IMG/VR virus record: IMGVR_UViG_3300037067_004899
Span: 6,502-70,501 of that record
Source of the DNA: a virus
Taxonomy: Duplodnaviria > Caudoviricetes
Reading direction: 5' to 3' (one strand)
Length of the DNA stretch: 64,000 nucleotides
Numbering within the stretch: position 1 is the first letter of the stretch; each line of letters opens with the position of its first letter. Both the position numbers and the translations under genes were made by a program. Below, one piece after another: positions 28,611 through 39,102 of this stretch. Under the pieces are notes generated by a model. The model saw only the letters and a program-made list of their open reading frames with translations. It was not told the DNA's origin and did no database searches.

Positions 28611-31600
28611 ATTTTGCCATCTTGAATTTAGGTATTTCGCTTTCTTGCCGTTTGTCCTTTTCCTCTTGCTTGGTAGGTTTCTTTATATTTAGTTTACCTG
28701 CCATATATAACTCAGCTTCGTTCCCGATTTCCTCCATAATATTGCTTATCACTTTAAGCTTGGTTTCATCGGGTAAGTCTGAAAACTCCTTTCCTTTTGT
28801 AGATTTGGCAGTAATTAAATTATCCAATGTACTCCATGTCATTTGTCCGACGTACTTTTGTAAATCGGCTTTTTGGTCATTTGACAAAGGGTATTCCGTC
28901 CCGTATATCTTTATTTTGTTGGTCTGAAGCTTGGGGAATTGCGAGGTCTTTCCTGTTGACTTGTAAAGGTCAATCAGTAAATCCCTCCCGGGTGATTTCT
29001 TGTAAATTCCCAAATACCCCGGACTTAGCAGAACATTCAAGGGATTGTTTGAACCGCCTGCGTACATTTCTTTTGTCTCTCCCGTAGTCGTGAGTACAGC
29101 GGGCAGTGTTTTTGAGGCTCCGGGGAAACGATTCTTAATCAAGTTGATTGCCTTTTGCTTCGGATCATCACTTGCCACGTCGCGCTTGGTATTGTCGGTC
29201 ATTTGCCGCACTTGGTTGACTATGGACCCCATCGGAACAAATCTTGACGGCATGGATACTAATGTCTGTGTTAGCCGTTCGCCAAAATCCTGATAATAAT
29301 TATTGCCTAATAGATTAGATATTGCATCGTTTTCAGCAAAAGTTTTCATGCCGGCGCCAAAAGTATCCGGCAATGCTTTCAACGTGTTCAGTTTTATACC
29401 TTCTTGCGCCACATTCGCGCCCAAACCGATATTGAATGAAAATGGAGCAAACCAATCATAGGTATACCACTTATCACCGTCCTGAGGTTTCAACAGTGAA
29501 TCATCCTTGAATCCGTTTAACGCCCATCTTGCGATCGCATCCGCGTTGAATGAATATGCCTTCGAACCGTTTTCATCAAAGAAATTCCGCGCTTCCTTAT
29601 CACTTGGAGCCTGTCCCGTCATTGCGCCCTTAGCAGTGAGATAATATCCTGTTCCTGACAACAACAGTGTCCCGCTTACGGCTTTGGTAATGGACTCTAT
29701 CAGCTTTTCACGGTTTAGCCCGCCTGTGCCTTTAGCGGATTTATAAACCCCTTCACCTATGTAATACAACGATTTGGCAAACCCAGCTAAGCTGTATTCA
29801 AGCCCGATGTTTAATAATGCCCCCGGTGTACGTGCGAACATCATTACGGCATCGCCTAACCCGAATTCCCTTGAAGGGATTTTTCCTATCGTCGCTTGTG
29901 CCTTGCCTATTCCGGCAATGTTTAACGTATCGTGAACGCCTTTCAAAATGTCACTTATCACGTTAGCGTCCCTGAATGTAGCTTTTTCGCCTTGGCGGTT
30001 TGCAACGTCCAAAACACCTTTTGAGAATTCAGACATGTTTTTAGCACTGTTTATAACTCCATCGGCGTATATCTTGGCTTGCGCTTTTAAAGCTTTCCCG
30101 CGGAACCCCTCGTTCATTGCTTTTAAGACAGACTGTTCGCCGATTGAATCCATGACGGCCTTCATGTAAAACGGATAATCACCCGCACCACTCAAAGCCG
30201 CACCTAATGCTTTTTCCATGTAGGTCAAAGGATTGTATTTTCCTCGGAACGCCTGCGTAGCCATCTTAAATTCACTTATCGTTCCATAGGGGTTGTATCC
30301 TTCCCAGCCCGATTTTAAACCCGTTTTAATATCGCTGAAAAATTCTTTAAGTACATTATCCAAGCCACGGTTTGTCTTAAAGGTAACTGTTCTGTCTTTA
30401 CCTGTAAGTTTGGACGTAGTAAAGTCTATCGACGACATAAAGGCTTTGTTTACCCTCATTGCAGTCGCTTGCGCAATATTGCCGGGTACGTTACGCGCTA
30501 TTATGGTTTTAGTGTTCAAAAGCGTGTTTATCATGGTGAATGCTTTGGCTTTTGCAGCAAACGATGACGGAATTTTGCTTTGAATTTCCGACATCATTTT
30601 ATTTACGGAAGCCTGTCTCTTGAATACGTTCGTCATGCCTTGAATCTGTTCGGTCTGTTTGATGATATACTGCGCTTCTTCCGCAGTCAGTCCGGGGATA
30701 TTGTATTTTTCATTCAGTATCTTGGCATACTTTGAATCACCTATCGCGCCCATGTTGGACAGTTCGATAATCTTGTCCGACAGAGATTTCCTGAGATACG
30801 TTTTTTTAGGCTTGAATAAATTATCAAGTATAAGTTTTTTCTTGGCTGCAGTCAGTTCCTTCAGTCGTGTAGTGAATATCTTTTCAACCTTTTCAGCCAC
30901 GTCCTTTGACAAGCCCGCTTCCGTGACAAATTTCTGCGCTAATGTCTGGCCTGTTTCATCAATTTCAGATACATGCTTTTTGGCAATATCCTGCAATTTT
31001 ACCCCGTTATCGCTTAATACTTGCCTGATCGCCTTGTCTACAGAAACATTCATTTTCTGTTCCGGCGTTTTCAAAGACTTGGATTTTATCAGATTCAAGG
31101 AATTATCGTAAATTTCCTTAAGATAAGGCTTTACTTTTTCTCCAAATTCCGATATCATCTCAACGGACCATTCCGCGAAATCTAAGGTCTTTCTCGCCAG
31201 TCGTGCCGCGCCTATCTTTGTCAAGTCGGTTAAGACTTCCCCAGGTAATCCGGCGCGCATTTTAATTATTCCGCTTGTATCAGGTTTGAAATATTCCTTT
31301 ACCCTCGTAGTTGCTTCTGTCTCTTGTTTTTCAAGCCATTCACGCACAGCTTTTGAAACACGCGGTTTATTTGTGATATCACGAAACGCAGCGTCAACAC
31401 TGTCAAGGTTAGCCTTGTTCAATGCTTCCATAACTGGTTTGGCAGACTTGACCTCTTCCTTTACTGCTGTTTTGACTTCTTTCGGTACAACCTCATCCAA
31501 CACCCTTTGTATCTTTACAAGCGTTCCGGCAGGGCTTGCTTTATCCCATGCCGTATCCGTGCCTTTTAATGCCCTTGCTGTTTCACGGGTCTTTTCCGCT

Positions 31601-34600
31601 ACCACAGGCAGCCATTCAAGCAAGCCTTCGGTATCTCCCTGCTTTGCTTTTTCAACAAGGTCTTGTGTGATAACCGCCGCTTCATGCGCTTGCGTGCCGC
31701 CTGAAATAGACTCTGCTTCACGGATATTCTTTATAACTGCGTTCCTGTCCTTTTGAATGTTCTGAATAGCTTTATCCTGCCATTCCTTTGATGTTTCAGG
31801 TATAAAGTCAAAATCCTCCGTTTTGATCTGTTTCTTTATCTTATCAGGTATTACAGTAGTACGGTCGATTGTGTTGGTCTTGAACTGACTCGTTTTAAGC
31901 TTCTGTACGCCGTTTTTAGCGACTACTTCTGCCGAGGGTGCCTTTGCCTGTTCAGCCGTTTTTAAAGTCCGTGTGCCTTGTGCAACGTTTCCAGTTGCTG
32001 ATTCCTTTGCATATTTGCCTTCAACCTTAGGCGGAACAGTAGACCTCGCCACAGTGAACGGTGTTTCCTTACGGTACTGTTCAGGAACGTTGAATTTAAC
32101 GTTGTTTGCAGCTTCGTCATATATTCTGGCTTTTTCTTTTATAGCTTGCTTTTCTGCTAAATCAGCAGTATCAATTTTAGAGAGTGATTTTACCCAATCT
32201 GACTGAGATTTTACAACAGGTTCCTTGGGTATCAAGTCAGACTGCTTTGTTATGTTTTTGGGAAAATTTAGTTTTTCAGCCTCGTTTTTTGTTACGGCAA
32301 AAGGACGCTCTATTTGCCTTGTTTTTTCTGTAAGAGATGCTATGGCGCTGGAATCTGGCTGAGATTTAACTGGATTTACATATGTAGCGCTCCCATCTGA
32401 ATTAATTGTTTTATTCCATTTGTTAAGCATATTTTTTAATCTTGCACTTGCCGTCTTGCTACCTTTTGCACCTTGTTTTATAGTAATGCTTTTGACAGAA
32501 TCAACATAATCCCAGTGGCTATTTTTACTTGCAATAAATTCTGCATCTCCATTTTGATATGATAATTCCCATGCCGGTTTTGATTTATTTACATTGCCTT
32601 TTAATTTTGCGTTAGGTTCAAACTCTATTAGTACGCCTTTGTTATTTCCCTGCCCTAATGCTAAGTCTTTGTTATTTGAAAGATAAATATTGTTATATTC
32701 CATGTCTTTAATGTAATTGCTGTCAACTAAAGGAAGAGCATCATCCAAGCTTGTTTCATGATACATAGTATCTGAAAATTCTTTTAAAAGTTTTCTGTTG
32801 TTATCGTTTTGAGGTAACCGGAACTTTTTAAGTTCTCCTTTGGTTACTGCAAACGGGCGTTCAATTTGCCTTTCAGGTGCCTTAACGGATGCAGAAATTT
32901 CAGACTCAACTTCCTGTATACCATTCCTACTATACATGGGTTCATTACCTAAAAGCTCATCAACTTCAGCAGGAGTCAGCACATCGCCTTCCTTGCCGAA
33001 ATATTCCTCCCTTGTCATTGTGGGCTCGACAGCTTTAGCTTTAGGCGCGTTCAATAGTAAAGGTGCTTTTTGGCCGCTTTTTAGTGTGTTGCCATATTGG
33101 TCAACGGTAAAATCAGCCTTTTTTTCTGCAATTTCCTTTTCTTTTGGTAAGGCTTTTACTGGAGTATTCAGCTTTTTTATCTCTGCCGTTGTTGGTTTTG
33201 GCGGTAACGATTCAATTACATCAGGCGTACGTAGTTTCGGAGCTTCCAGCATAAGATACTGTTTTGCTTCCGGCAGTGTGCGGAGTTCAGGCGTATTATT
33301 GACTACTTCCTTTTCTGCTGCCGTAAGCTTTTGACCGCCTTTTAGCTTTTTGAAAACCGTTTTTGCAATCCCACTTAAACCCATTATTCCAAGTTCCGCA
33401 CCCATGCCGAATAATGCATTACCCGTTATTGTTCTTAGTGCATTCTTAGCAATCTTGCCATAGTCAGTAGAATATAATTTCGCTTGGTCTTCGTGCAGCG
33501 TTTCAGCGTATTTACTTGCTTCACCTTCGGTCTTAAACTTACCCAAGTATTCACCTGTTTTTTTATACCACTGCCAAGCTTCTTCGGATGTCATTTTCCT
33601 GTCTAAACCTTTGCGAACACCTGGAACAAGTACAGCAGTACCATCATCGTTTGTAAATGTCATTGAATACACTGTGCTGATTGAACCATCTGGATTCTTT
33701 ATTGTAGGTCTATCGTTTAGGTCAACATTCCCCTTGCCATAATCTGGCTGTTTAGGCGTATCAATTTCCTTCTGTGTAGCAATCTGCTGTGCGGAGTACG
33801 GCAGTGATTCTATTGTACCTTGTACCACTCTTTTACCGGCCTTATTCGCTATTCCTTCAGCAACAGGAAATAACTTATTCACTGCTTTTTTTGCCAGAGT
33901 ATTAGCCGCAGTGGGCAGTGTAACACCGGGACTGCCTGTAGGAACCATAAACCCTGCTATTGTCCCGCCTACGTCCGAAATAACGTTTCCAACCTTTCCC
34001 GCGCCGCCAATTCCGGCAGATTCAGCGTAATCCTTTGCACTGCTGTCGCCGAACCCTACTGACATGGCTTGCCTTCCGGTTCTGTCAAAAACTTTCCCGA
34101 GAGTGCCTTTTTTAGCATAGTCAACTTTTTCCATGGCTTTCTGAAACTGCTGTGTGAACCCTTCCGGGACTTTCTTGTCAAAATAGTATGCGGTAATTTC
34201 GCCGCCCATGTTGTAGGATTTTGGATCCAAGGACAACCCCTTGCTTAAGATGTCTATTTCGTCAGCGGTCAACACTTCTTTGGCTTTTTGCCTTGTTTTC
34301 TCCTCGTCTTTTTTAAGCATACTTCCAATTACAGGCGTGTTGTAAAAAGATGACTTGCTATTGTAATTCGGTATTTTTGCAGCAGCCTCCGACTTCGCCT
34401 TTTCCTGATCGATTCTGTTTTTTATATCTACAAAGTTTGTTGACAACTTAAATGGCGCATTAAATATAGTGTCGGAAGTACCTTTCGCCTGCGTATTTTG
34501 GGTTGATACCGGCAAATTGAGCGTAGGAAATTCAAGGGTATGTTGTTTTGCAATGCTCTGATAGGCAGGGATGCTTTGTACAGGGGTAACAGTTTCAAAC

Positions 34601-34716
34601 AGTGCTTGTCTTTCTTTATCATATTTACTTGCCCTTTTAGCCTTTTGTGCAGTGCCTTGCGTTTTCGCCGTAACCTTTATTCCAAGCGCTTCACGCTCCT
34701 TGTCATACTTGCTCAT
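28609..34716 (-). CDS. Giant polyvalent ejection-type virion protein (about 2035 aa)
   Basis: Position after tail genes and before lysis; helical, Lys/Ala-rich; inserted domains; no tape-measure repeats. Confidence 0.7.
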   Translation of the reverse strand: MSKYDKEREALGIKVTAKTQGTAQKAKRASKYDKERQALFETVTPVQSIPAYQSIAKQHTLEFPTLNLPVSTQNTQAKGTSDTIFNAPFKLSTNFVDIKNRIDQEKAKSEAAAKIPNYNSKSSFYNTPVIGSMLKKDEEKTRQKAKEVLTADEIDILSKGLSLDPKSYNMGGEITAYYFDKKVPEGFTQQFQKAMEKVDYAKKGTLGKVFDRTGRQAMSVGFGDSSAKDYAESAGIGGAGKVGNVISDVGGTIAGFMVPTGSPGVTLPTAANTLAKKAVNKLFPVAEGIANKAGKRVVQGTIESLPYSAQQIATQKEIDTPKQPDYGKGNVDLNDRPTIKNPDGSISTVYSMTFTNDDGTAVLVPGVRKGLDRKMTSEEAWQWYKKTGEYLGKFKTEGEASKYAETLHEDQAKLYSTDYGKIAKNALRTITGNALFGMGAELGIMGLSGIAKTVFKKLKGGQKLTAAEKEVVNNTPELRTLPEAKQYLMLEAPKLRTPDVIESLPPKPTTAEIKKLNTPVKALPKEKEIAEKKADFTVDQYGNTLKSGQKAPLLLNAPKAKAVEPTMTREEYFGKEGDVLTPAEVDELLGNEPMYSRNGIQEVESEISASVKAPERQIERPFAVTKGELKKFRLPQNDNNRKLLKEFSDTMYHETSLDDALPLVDSNYIKDMEYNNIYLSNNKDLALGQGNNKGVLIEFEPNAKLKGNVNKSKPAWELSYQNGDAEFIASKNSHWDYVDSVKSITIKQGAKGSKTASARLKNMLNKWNKTINSDGSATYVNPVKSQPDSSAIASLTEKTRQIERPFAVTKNEAEKLNFPKNITKQSDLIPKEPVVKSQSDWVKSLSKIDTADLAEKQAIKEKARIYDEAANNVKFNVPEQYRKETPFTVARSTVPPKVEGKYAKESATGNVAQGTRTLKTAEQAKAPSAEVVAKNGVQKLKTSQFKTNTIDRTTVIPDKIKKQIKTEDFDFIPETSKEWQDKAIQNIQKDRNAVIKNIREAESISGGTQAHEAAVITQDLVEKAKQGDTEGLLEWLPVVAEKTRETARALKGTDTAWDKASPAGTLVKIQRVLDEVVPKEVKTAVKEEVKSAKPVMEALNKANLDSVDAAFRDITNKPRVSKAVREWLEKQETEATTRVKEYFKPDTSGIIKMRAGLPGEVLTDLTKIGAARLARKTLDFAEWSVEMISEFGEKVKPYLKEIYDNSLNLIKSKSLKTPEQKMNVSVDKAIRQVLSDNGVKLQDIAKKHVSEIDETGQTLAQKFVTEAGLSKDVAEKVEKIFTTRLKELTAAKKKLILDNLFKPKKTYLRKSLSDKIIELSNMGAIGDSKYAKILNEKYNIPGLTAEEAQYIIKQTEQIQGMTNVFKRQASVNKMMSEIQSKIPSSFAAKAKAFTMINTLLNTKTIIARNVPGNIAQATAMRVNKAFMSSIDFTTSKLTGKDRTVTFKTNRGLDNVLKEFFSDIKTGLKSGWEGYNPYGTISEFKMATQAFRGKYNPLTYMEKALGAALSGAGDYPFYMKAVMDSIGEQSVLKAMNEGFRGKALKAQAKIYADGVINSAKNMSEFSKGVLDVANRQGEKATFRDANVISDILKGVHDTLNIAGIGKAQATIGKIPSREFGLGDAVMMFARTPGALLNIGLEYSLAGFAKSLYYIGEGVYKSAKGTGGLNREKLIESITKAVSGTLLLSGTGYYLTAKGAMTGQAPSDKEARNFFDENGSKAYSFNADAIARWALNGFKDDSLLKPQDGDKWYTYDWFAPFSFNIGLGANVAQEGIKLNTLKALPDTFGAGMKTFAENDAISNLLGNNYYQDFGERLTQTLVSMPSRFVPMGSIVNQVRQMTDNTKRDVASDDPKQKAINLIKNRFPGASKTLPAVLTTTGETKEMYAGGSNNPLNVLLSPGYLGIYKKSPGRDLLIDLYKSTGKTSQFPKLQTNKIKIYGTEYPLSNDQKADLQKYVGQMTWSTLDNLITAKSTKGKEFSDLPDETKLKVISNIMEEIGNEAELYMAGKLNIKKPTKQEEKDKRQESEIPKFKMAK

Positions 34717-34729
34717 ATAATCACCCACT

Positions 34730-36901
34730 TTAGTTAATAGGCAAACCATACCTCAGTAATAGCGGATCTGTAATGGTATCATCAAGATTTAGACCTATGA
34801 TATAACTTCTAAGCCCTGCTTTATCACTGATCTGTGTTATACCGCCGGCATCTTTTGAAATGAATGAACTACTGTCTACCATATCAATGTAGTTGTTGTA
34901 CTGTGTTCTTTCGGTTTCTGTAAGTTGCTGTTCCTTGTCGAATGCAAACTTGTCCTGCTGGAGTTTTATCTGCGCTGCTGCCTGCGCTGCTGATATGTTG
35001 CCAAGCTTGATATCATTCTTAAGTTTATCAAGTTCAAGTTTCTGAGATTTAGACATATTTTCATATTCAAGTTCTTTTATCTGATATTCCAATGCAGATG
35101 TTTTCGCTTTATTGACATCATCTATCAAGGTCCTCATAGTATCCACTGAATCCGCTGCTACACCTGCCTCCTGCAATAGCTGATTGAATGCAGTGTCTTT
35201 TTCTGCTTTACTCAAATCACTATATTTCTGACTGGCCTCATAAAGCATCTGTGACCGTTTTTCAGCAAGGTTATCAAGTGAGGTCTGTTCGTCTGTTGTA
35301 AGGTTATTCAGAGCATCGTTGACCTTTTTAATGATCGCCATTTTCCCGCTTGATAAGGTCTGCGCAGCTGCCCCCTCTGCTCTTGCGATGCCTGCCAAAC
35401 CCGATACTCGGCCCTGTTCAAGATCCGCTAATGAATTTTGATAATCTCTTTCCGCTTGACCTTTTAATCTTTCCGCATCTGCCAGGCTTAAGGTTTTGTT
35501 GGATTCAATCTCACTTATGCTATTGGTGTAGTCCTGTTCTATTTGTATCTTTTTACGTTCCGCATCCGCAAGTCCTGTAGCCTGTTCCTGTTCAAGTCCT
35601 GTTAATTTGTTGGACACGTCACGTTCATATGACTGTTTTTGACCTGTAATTTTGCCGATTTCACTTAGATTAGTCTGCCCGGCCTGACCTAACTCAGAAG
35701 TCACTTGACCGCCAGCGGATAATCCTCTTTGTGCAAATTCACCCTCAAGCTGTTTGGCCTGTCTTTGGGCGAGAATATCCTGCTGATTCATTGCTGTGTC
35801 GTAAGTAGGCAGAGTCTCAGCTTTTGTGGATTCTATGCCTGTCTTGGCTGTCGAATAAGCATTTTTAATCTTGTCTACGTTAGTTGAAAGTTCATCTGAC
35901 AAGGATTGCTTGTTTGCGCCTAACTCGTTTTTACTTTGTTCGTACAGTTGAATTATCTTATCGGCCTGCGCGGCTATGCTGTCCATAGTATCAGTATTTT
36001 GCGTGTCAACATTTCGTTTTCCTGTCGAATAAGCATTTCTTATCTCGTCGGCCTGACTGGATAATTCAGCCAATTGCGCCGCGTAGGAATCGTCCAACTC
36101 CTGCTTGGTAATATCCGCATCCGATAAAATTCCAGCCCTTGCCTTTTTGGCATTAGCTTCAGCAATGTTTTTCTGTTCCTGCAAGATACTGTTTACATAA
36201 GCGGAAATTTTAGACATATAGTCTTCTTCTGTTACTTTAGGAACATAGGTTTGATCAAAATTAGTCAGTTGGGCGTTTTTGTCCGCTAATGCACCTGTAC
36301 TATAATCAAGGTAATCCTGTGTTGTAAGTTCGCTTTTCAATCTTGCTATCTGGGCCGCATTTGTAGCAGCCTGTCCCTGTGATACCCTGTAGTTATCCGC
36401 AGCTTCGGCGGCCATAAGCATGCCAACCTTGTTTCCTGTGCTTTGAGCGGCGGCATACTGATCTTTATAGCCCTGCAAGGTCGCATCTACCGTAGGAGCC
36501 GCAGACGATGAACTGGACGACGAGCTAGATGATGTATTGTTTGACGTTGCTCCAAGATTTTGCACTGCCGTATCGGCAGCTGAACCGCTTATTTGATTGT
36601 CTCTAATTTGACGCGCAAGTTCCCTGTCGGGGTCTACTGTAGTGCTTGTAGCCGGACTTACTGCCGGTTTAGTTGTGGTACCTGTGGTACTTACTGGCTT
36701 AGTGACTGTCGGCGTTATTGTCTGCGTTTTGACCGGAACAACCGTGGTAGATGGTGTGGGTATTGTCAGCGACGCGCCGGCCTGTATCTTATTCGCATTT
36801 GTTATGCTTGGGTTTGCTGCAACAATAGCGGCAACAGTGGTTTTATTGTCTTTGGCTAATTGACTTAATGTATCGCCGCTTTTTATTTTAACAGTAGCCA
36901 T
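34730..36901 (-). CDS. LysM-containing coiled-coil virion/ejection protein
   Basis: VKIKSGDTLSQLA..IVAANPSITNANKIQAGASLTIP LysM; Thr/Pro and poly-Ser linker; coiled-coil repeats. Confidence 0.75.
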   Translation of the reverse strand: MATVKIKSGDTLSQLAKDNKTTVAAIVAANPSITNANKIQAGASLTIPTPSTTVVPVKTQTITPTVTKPVSTTGTTTKPAVSPATSTTVDPDRELARQIRDNQISGSAADTAVQNLGATSNNTSSSSSSSSSSAAPTVDATLQGYKDQYAAAQSTGNKVGMLMAAEAADNYRVSQGQAATNAAQIARLKSELTTQDYLDYSTGALADKNAQLTNFDQTYVPKVTEEDYMSKISAYVNSILQEQKNIAEANAKKARAGILSDADITKQELDDSYAAQLAELSSQADEIRNAYSTGKRNVDTQNTDTMDSIAAQADKIIQLYEQSKNELGANKQSLSDELSTNVDKIKNAYSTAKTGIESTKAETLPTYDTAMNQQDILAQRQAKQLEGEFAQRGLSAGGQVTSELGQAGQTNLSEIGKITGQKQSYERDVSNKLTGLEQEQATGLADAERKKIQIEQDYTNSISEIESNKTLSLADAERLKGQAERDYQNSLADLEQGRVSGLAGIARAEGAAAQTLSSGKMAIIKKVNDALNNLTTDEQTSLDNLAEKRSQMLYEASQKYSDLSKAEKDTAFNQLLQEAGVAADSVDTMRTLIDDVNKAKTSALEYQIKELEYENMSKSQKLELDKLKNDIKLGNISAAQAAAQIKLQQDKFAFDKEQQLTETERTQYNNYIDMVDSSSFISKDAGGITQISDKAGLRSYIIGLNLDDTITDPLLLRYGLPIN

Positions 36902-36905
36902 AAAA

Positions 36906-37469
36906 TCACCCCTCAGTTTTCTTAATAATCCTTGCTGGATTTCCCACAACAGTTACATTGTCCGGAATGTCCCTTATAACTAAACTGCCTGCGCCTATGA
37001 CGGCGTTTTTGCCCGCCTTGATGCCTTGAATTAATATTGCACCCGCCCCGATGAAAACGTTGTCGGAAAGTGTCACATCCCCGCACAATGTAACGCGCGG
37101 ACTGAGAACACAATTGTCCCCTATCACGCAGTCATGGTGTATCTGAGAGCATAATCCGATAGCAACATTTTCGCCGATTTGCACGTTATGGCAAATATGT
37201 GATGAAAATATTAAAGGCTCCGTTTTTATCGAAGCCTTTAAAAGTTTTTCATATATTCGATTTCTTGTCTCGTTATCTCCTACGCTTCCCACGGCGTTAT
37301 AAACGGGGTATCGTATGGGTATTCGCCCTTGGCATAAATCGTCAACGGTCCCTAGAATCTTATACCCTTCAAATGTTCCAACTTTAAAATCATCAATAAA
37401 AAATACCTCTTGGTGAGGTATAAAAGAAAGGACATCTAAACTATTTTGTCCTGCACCTATTAAAATCAT
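36906..37469 (-). CDS. neuD: NeuD/PglD-family sugar acetyltransferase
   Basis: LIGAG, FIDD, GDNETR N-terminal domain; hexapeptide repeats; IGAGSLVIRDIPDNVTVVGNPARII. Confidence 0.9.
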   Translation of the reverse strand: MILIGAGQNSLDVLSFIPHQEVFFIDDFKVGTFEGYKILGTVDDLCQGRIPIRYPVYNAVGSVGDNETRNRIYEKLLKASIKTEPLIFSSHICHNVQIGENVAIGLCSQIHHDCVIGDNCVLSPRVTLCGDVTLSDNVFIGAGAILIQGIKAGKNAVIGAGSLVIRDIPDNVTVVGNPARIIKKTEG

Positions 37470-37473
37470 ATAA

Positions 37474-37674
37474 TCACCTTTTAAACGATAAATAAAAAAC
37501 GAATATCAATACGAGAAATCCGTAAAATAACTTTAACTTTTCAAATGTCTCCTGCTTGCATTTTATTTTTACGTATACTGCAAGTATGACTAATGGTAGA
37601 CTGATAACCGTAATCATTAGTGTCATCTTAGCCATTGCCGCCATTGCTTCTAACATACTTAATAAGTCTCCCAA
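37474..37674 (-). CDS. Small 2-TM membrane protein
   Basis: Two hydrophobic segments. Confidence 0.5.
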   Translation of the reverse strand: MGDLLSMLEAMAAMAKMTLMITVISLPLVILAVYVKIKCKQETFEKLKLFYGFLVLIFVFYLSFKR

Positions 37675-38357
37675 TATTTATTTCTATACTGGTCATCATA
37701 CTGCTGAATATTATCATATTTCAATTTGACAAGAAAGTTGTGCATTACGGGATATACAGCATTTTCATAATCCTCGGTCGTTATGTATATCTTAGCCTTA
37801 TAATCGCTAATATGTGTTGCTTCGTGTAGTAATGCGGCCATTAGATATTTGTGGTCTGAAGACGTGCCTATTGTTAAAGTGCAAAACCCATGTTCGAGAT
37901 ATGCCCCATTCCTTTCCCCTTGCGAAACGCTAATCAAATTTTTAGCCACAATATCATATTCGTCAGGGTAGTTTTCTCTCATGTCTCTTAAAGCGTCCCA
38001 AATAGCTGTCTTAAATTCGGAATATCCTTTTACAAGTATATCCCCTTCGTTATCAATAAACAGTCGCTGAAAGTATGAAAGATAGCCATACGTTTCATTA
38101 CCTATTAATTTGCAGTCAGGCAATGAATTTTCCTGTTGAATGTCATTGATAAATAAGCTTCCGTCATCCAAACCGATTTTTACGGAATATTCATATTTTG
38201 TATCTTGATATACTCTGGCAAGGAAATATTCATCTGTTTGTTGCGTCTCAAATCCAAGTTGTTTAAACCAATCATTCAGCGAAATATCTTCCGCATAGAT
38301 TGGAGCACAAATACATGAAAATATTACAGATAACAGTATTACACATTTTTTCATCAT
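37659..38357 (-). CDS. Secreted protein with HEXXH zincin motif (AT-rich moron)
   Basis: Signal peptide MMKKCVILLSVIFSCICAPIYA; AALLHEATH. Confidence 0.65.
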   Translation of the reverse strand: MMKKCVILLSVIFSCICAPIYAEDISLNDWFKQLGFETQQTDEYFLARVYQDTKYEYSVKIGLDDGSLFINDIQQENSLPDCKLIGNETYGYLSYFQRLFIDNEGDILVKGYSEFKTAIWDALRDMRENYPDEYDIVAKNLISVSQGERNGAYLEHGFCTLTIGTSSDHKYLMAALLHEATHISDYKAKIYITTEDYENAVYPVMHNFLVKLKYDNIQQYDDQYRNKYWETY

Positions 38358-38410
38358 AATTCTTCTTTCTAAATATATAATACTATTTACTGGTAATTTA
38401 TACAATAGTC

Positions 38411-39094
38411 TTAGTTCCCTATTTTTTTAATCATTTCCAATGTATTCTTGTCGGAAATTTGCTTTAAGACTTTGGTCATGCACCCCTTTTGTTTACAAAG
38501 TTTTATCCCTTTATCCAGTTGGCCTAAAAGATTATTCCTCTCTGATATGCTTGTGTTCTCACTCAGTCCTGAGAGTTGATTTATCCAGCGCAGCGTATAA
38601 CTTACCAGTTGGTGTTCATTTACATCAGTCAAGGATGCAGTCATATCGGGTTTCAATGATTCCTTAATTTCGTGCCATTCCCGGAGTTCCCTGATACGGT
38701 CTTTTGCTGTACGTTCCTGATTGATTCCAATGAACTGCTTCTTTTCAATCTCAATCTGCAAAAGTTCTTTTTCAAGATCGTCAGATTCAAGAGCGAGTTT
38801 TCTTTCCAGGATTTTTATTTCAACCTGATTCTTCCGATATTCATACGACAGCATGACTAGTTCCTGAAACATGACGTTTTGTTCGCGCATAGCCTGCCAA
38901 TACTTTGAGTCAGGCGTAGGATGCTTCAGGTCATTTAAAATGCTTACTTCCATTTCCGTGCGTGTTCGGAATATCTGGACGTTCAGGAACGTATCTTGTA
39001 ATTCAGATTTTAACTCAGACAAAACTAAAAAATCATCCGCTTTAAGTATTTGGGATGATTCAATAATTGATAAAGATTGCGTGTTGAAATTCAT
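38411..39094 (-). CDS. Coiled-coil phage protein paired with Kelch-repeat protein
   Basis: FRTRTEMEVSILND..PTPDSKYWQAMREQNV..KDRIRELREW. Confidence 0.65.
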   Translation of the reverse strand: MNFNTQSLSIIESSQILKADDFLVLSELKSELQDTFLNVQIFRTRTEMEVSILNDLKHPTPDSKYWQAMREQNVMFQELVMLSYEYRKNQVEIKILERKLALESDDLEKELLQIEIEKKQFIGINQERTAKDRIRELREWHEIKESLKPDMTASLTDVNEHQLVSYTLRWINQLSGLSENTSISERNNLLGQLDKGIKLCKQKGCMTKVLKQISDKNTLEMIKKIGN

Positions 39095-39102
39095 AAGTCC
39101 TC

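Noticed and set aside
28622-36863. Many plus-strand ORFs in the ORF track overlapping long minus-strand genes
   Set aside because: Antisense shadow frames without RBS or family motifs
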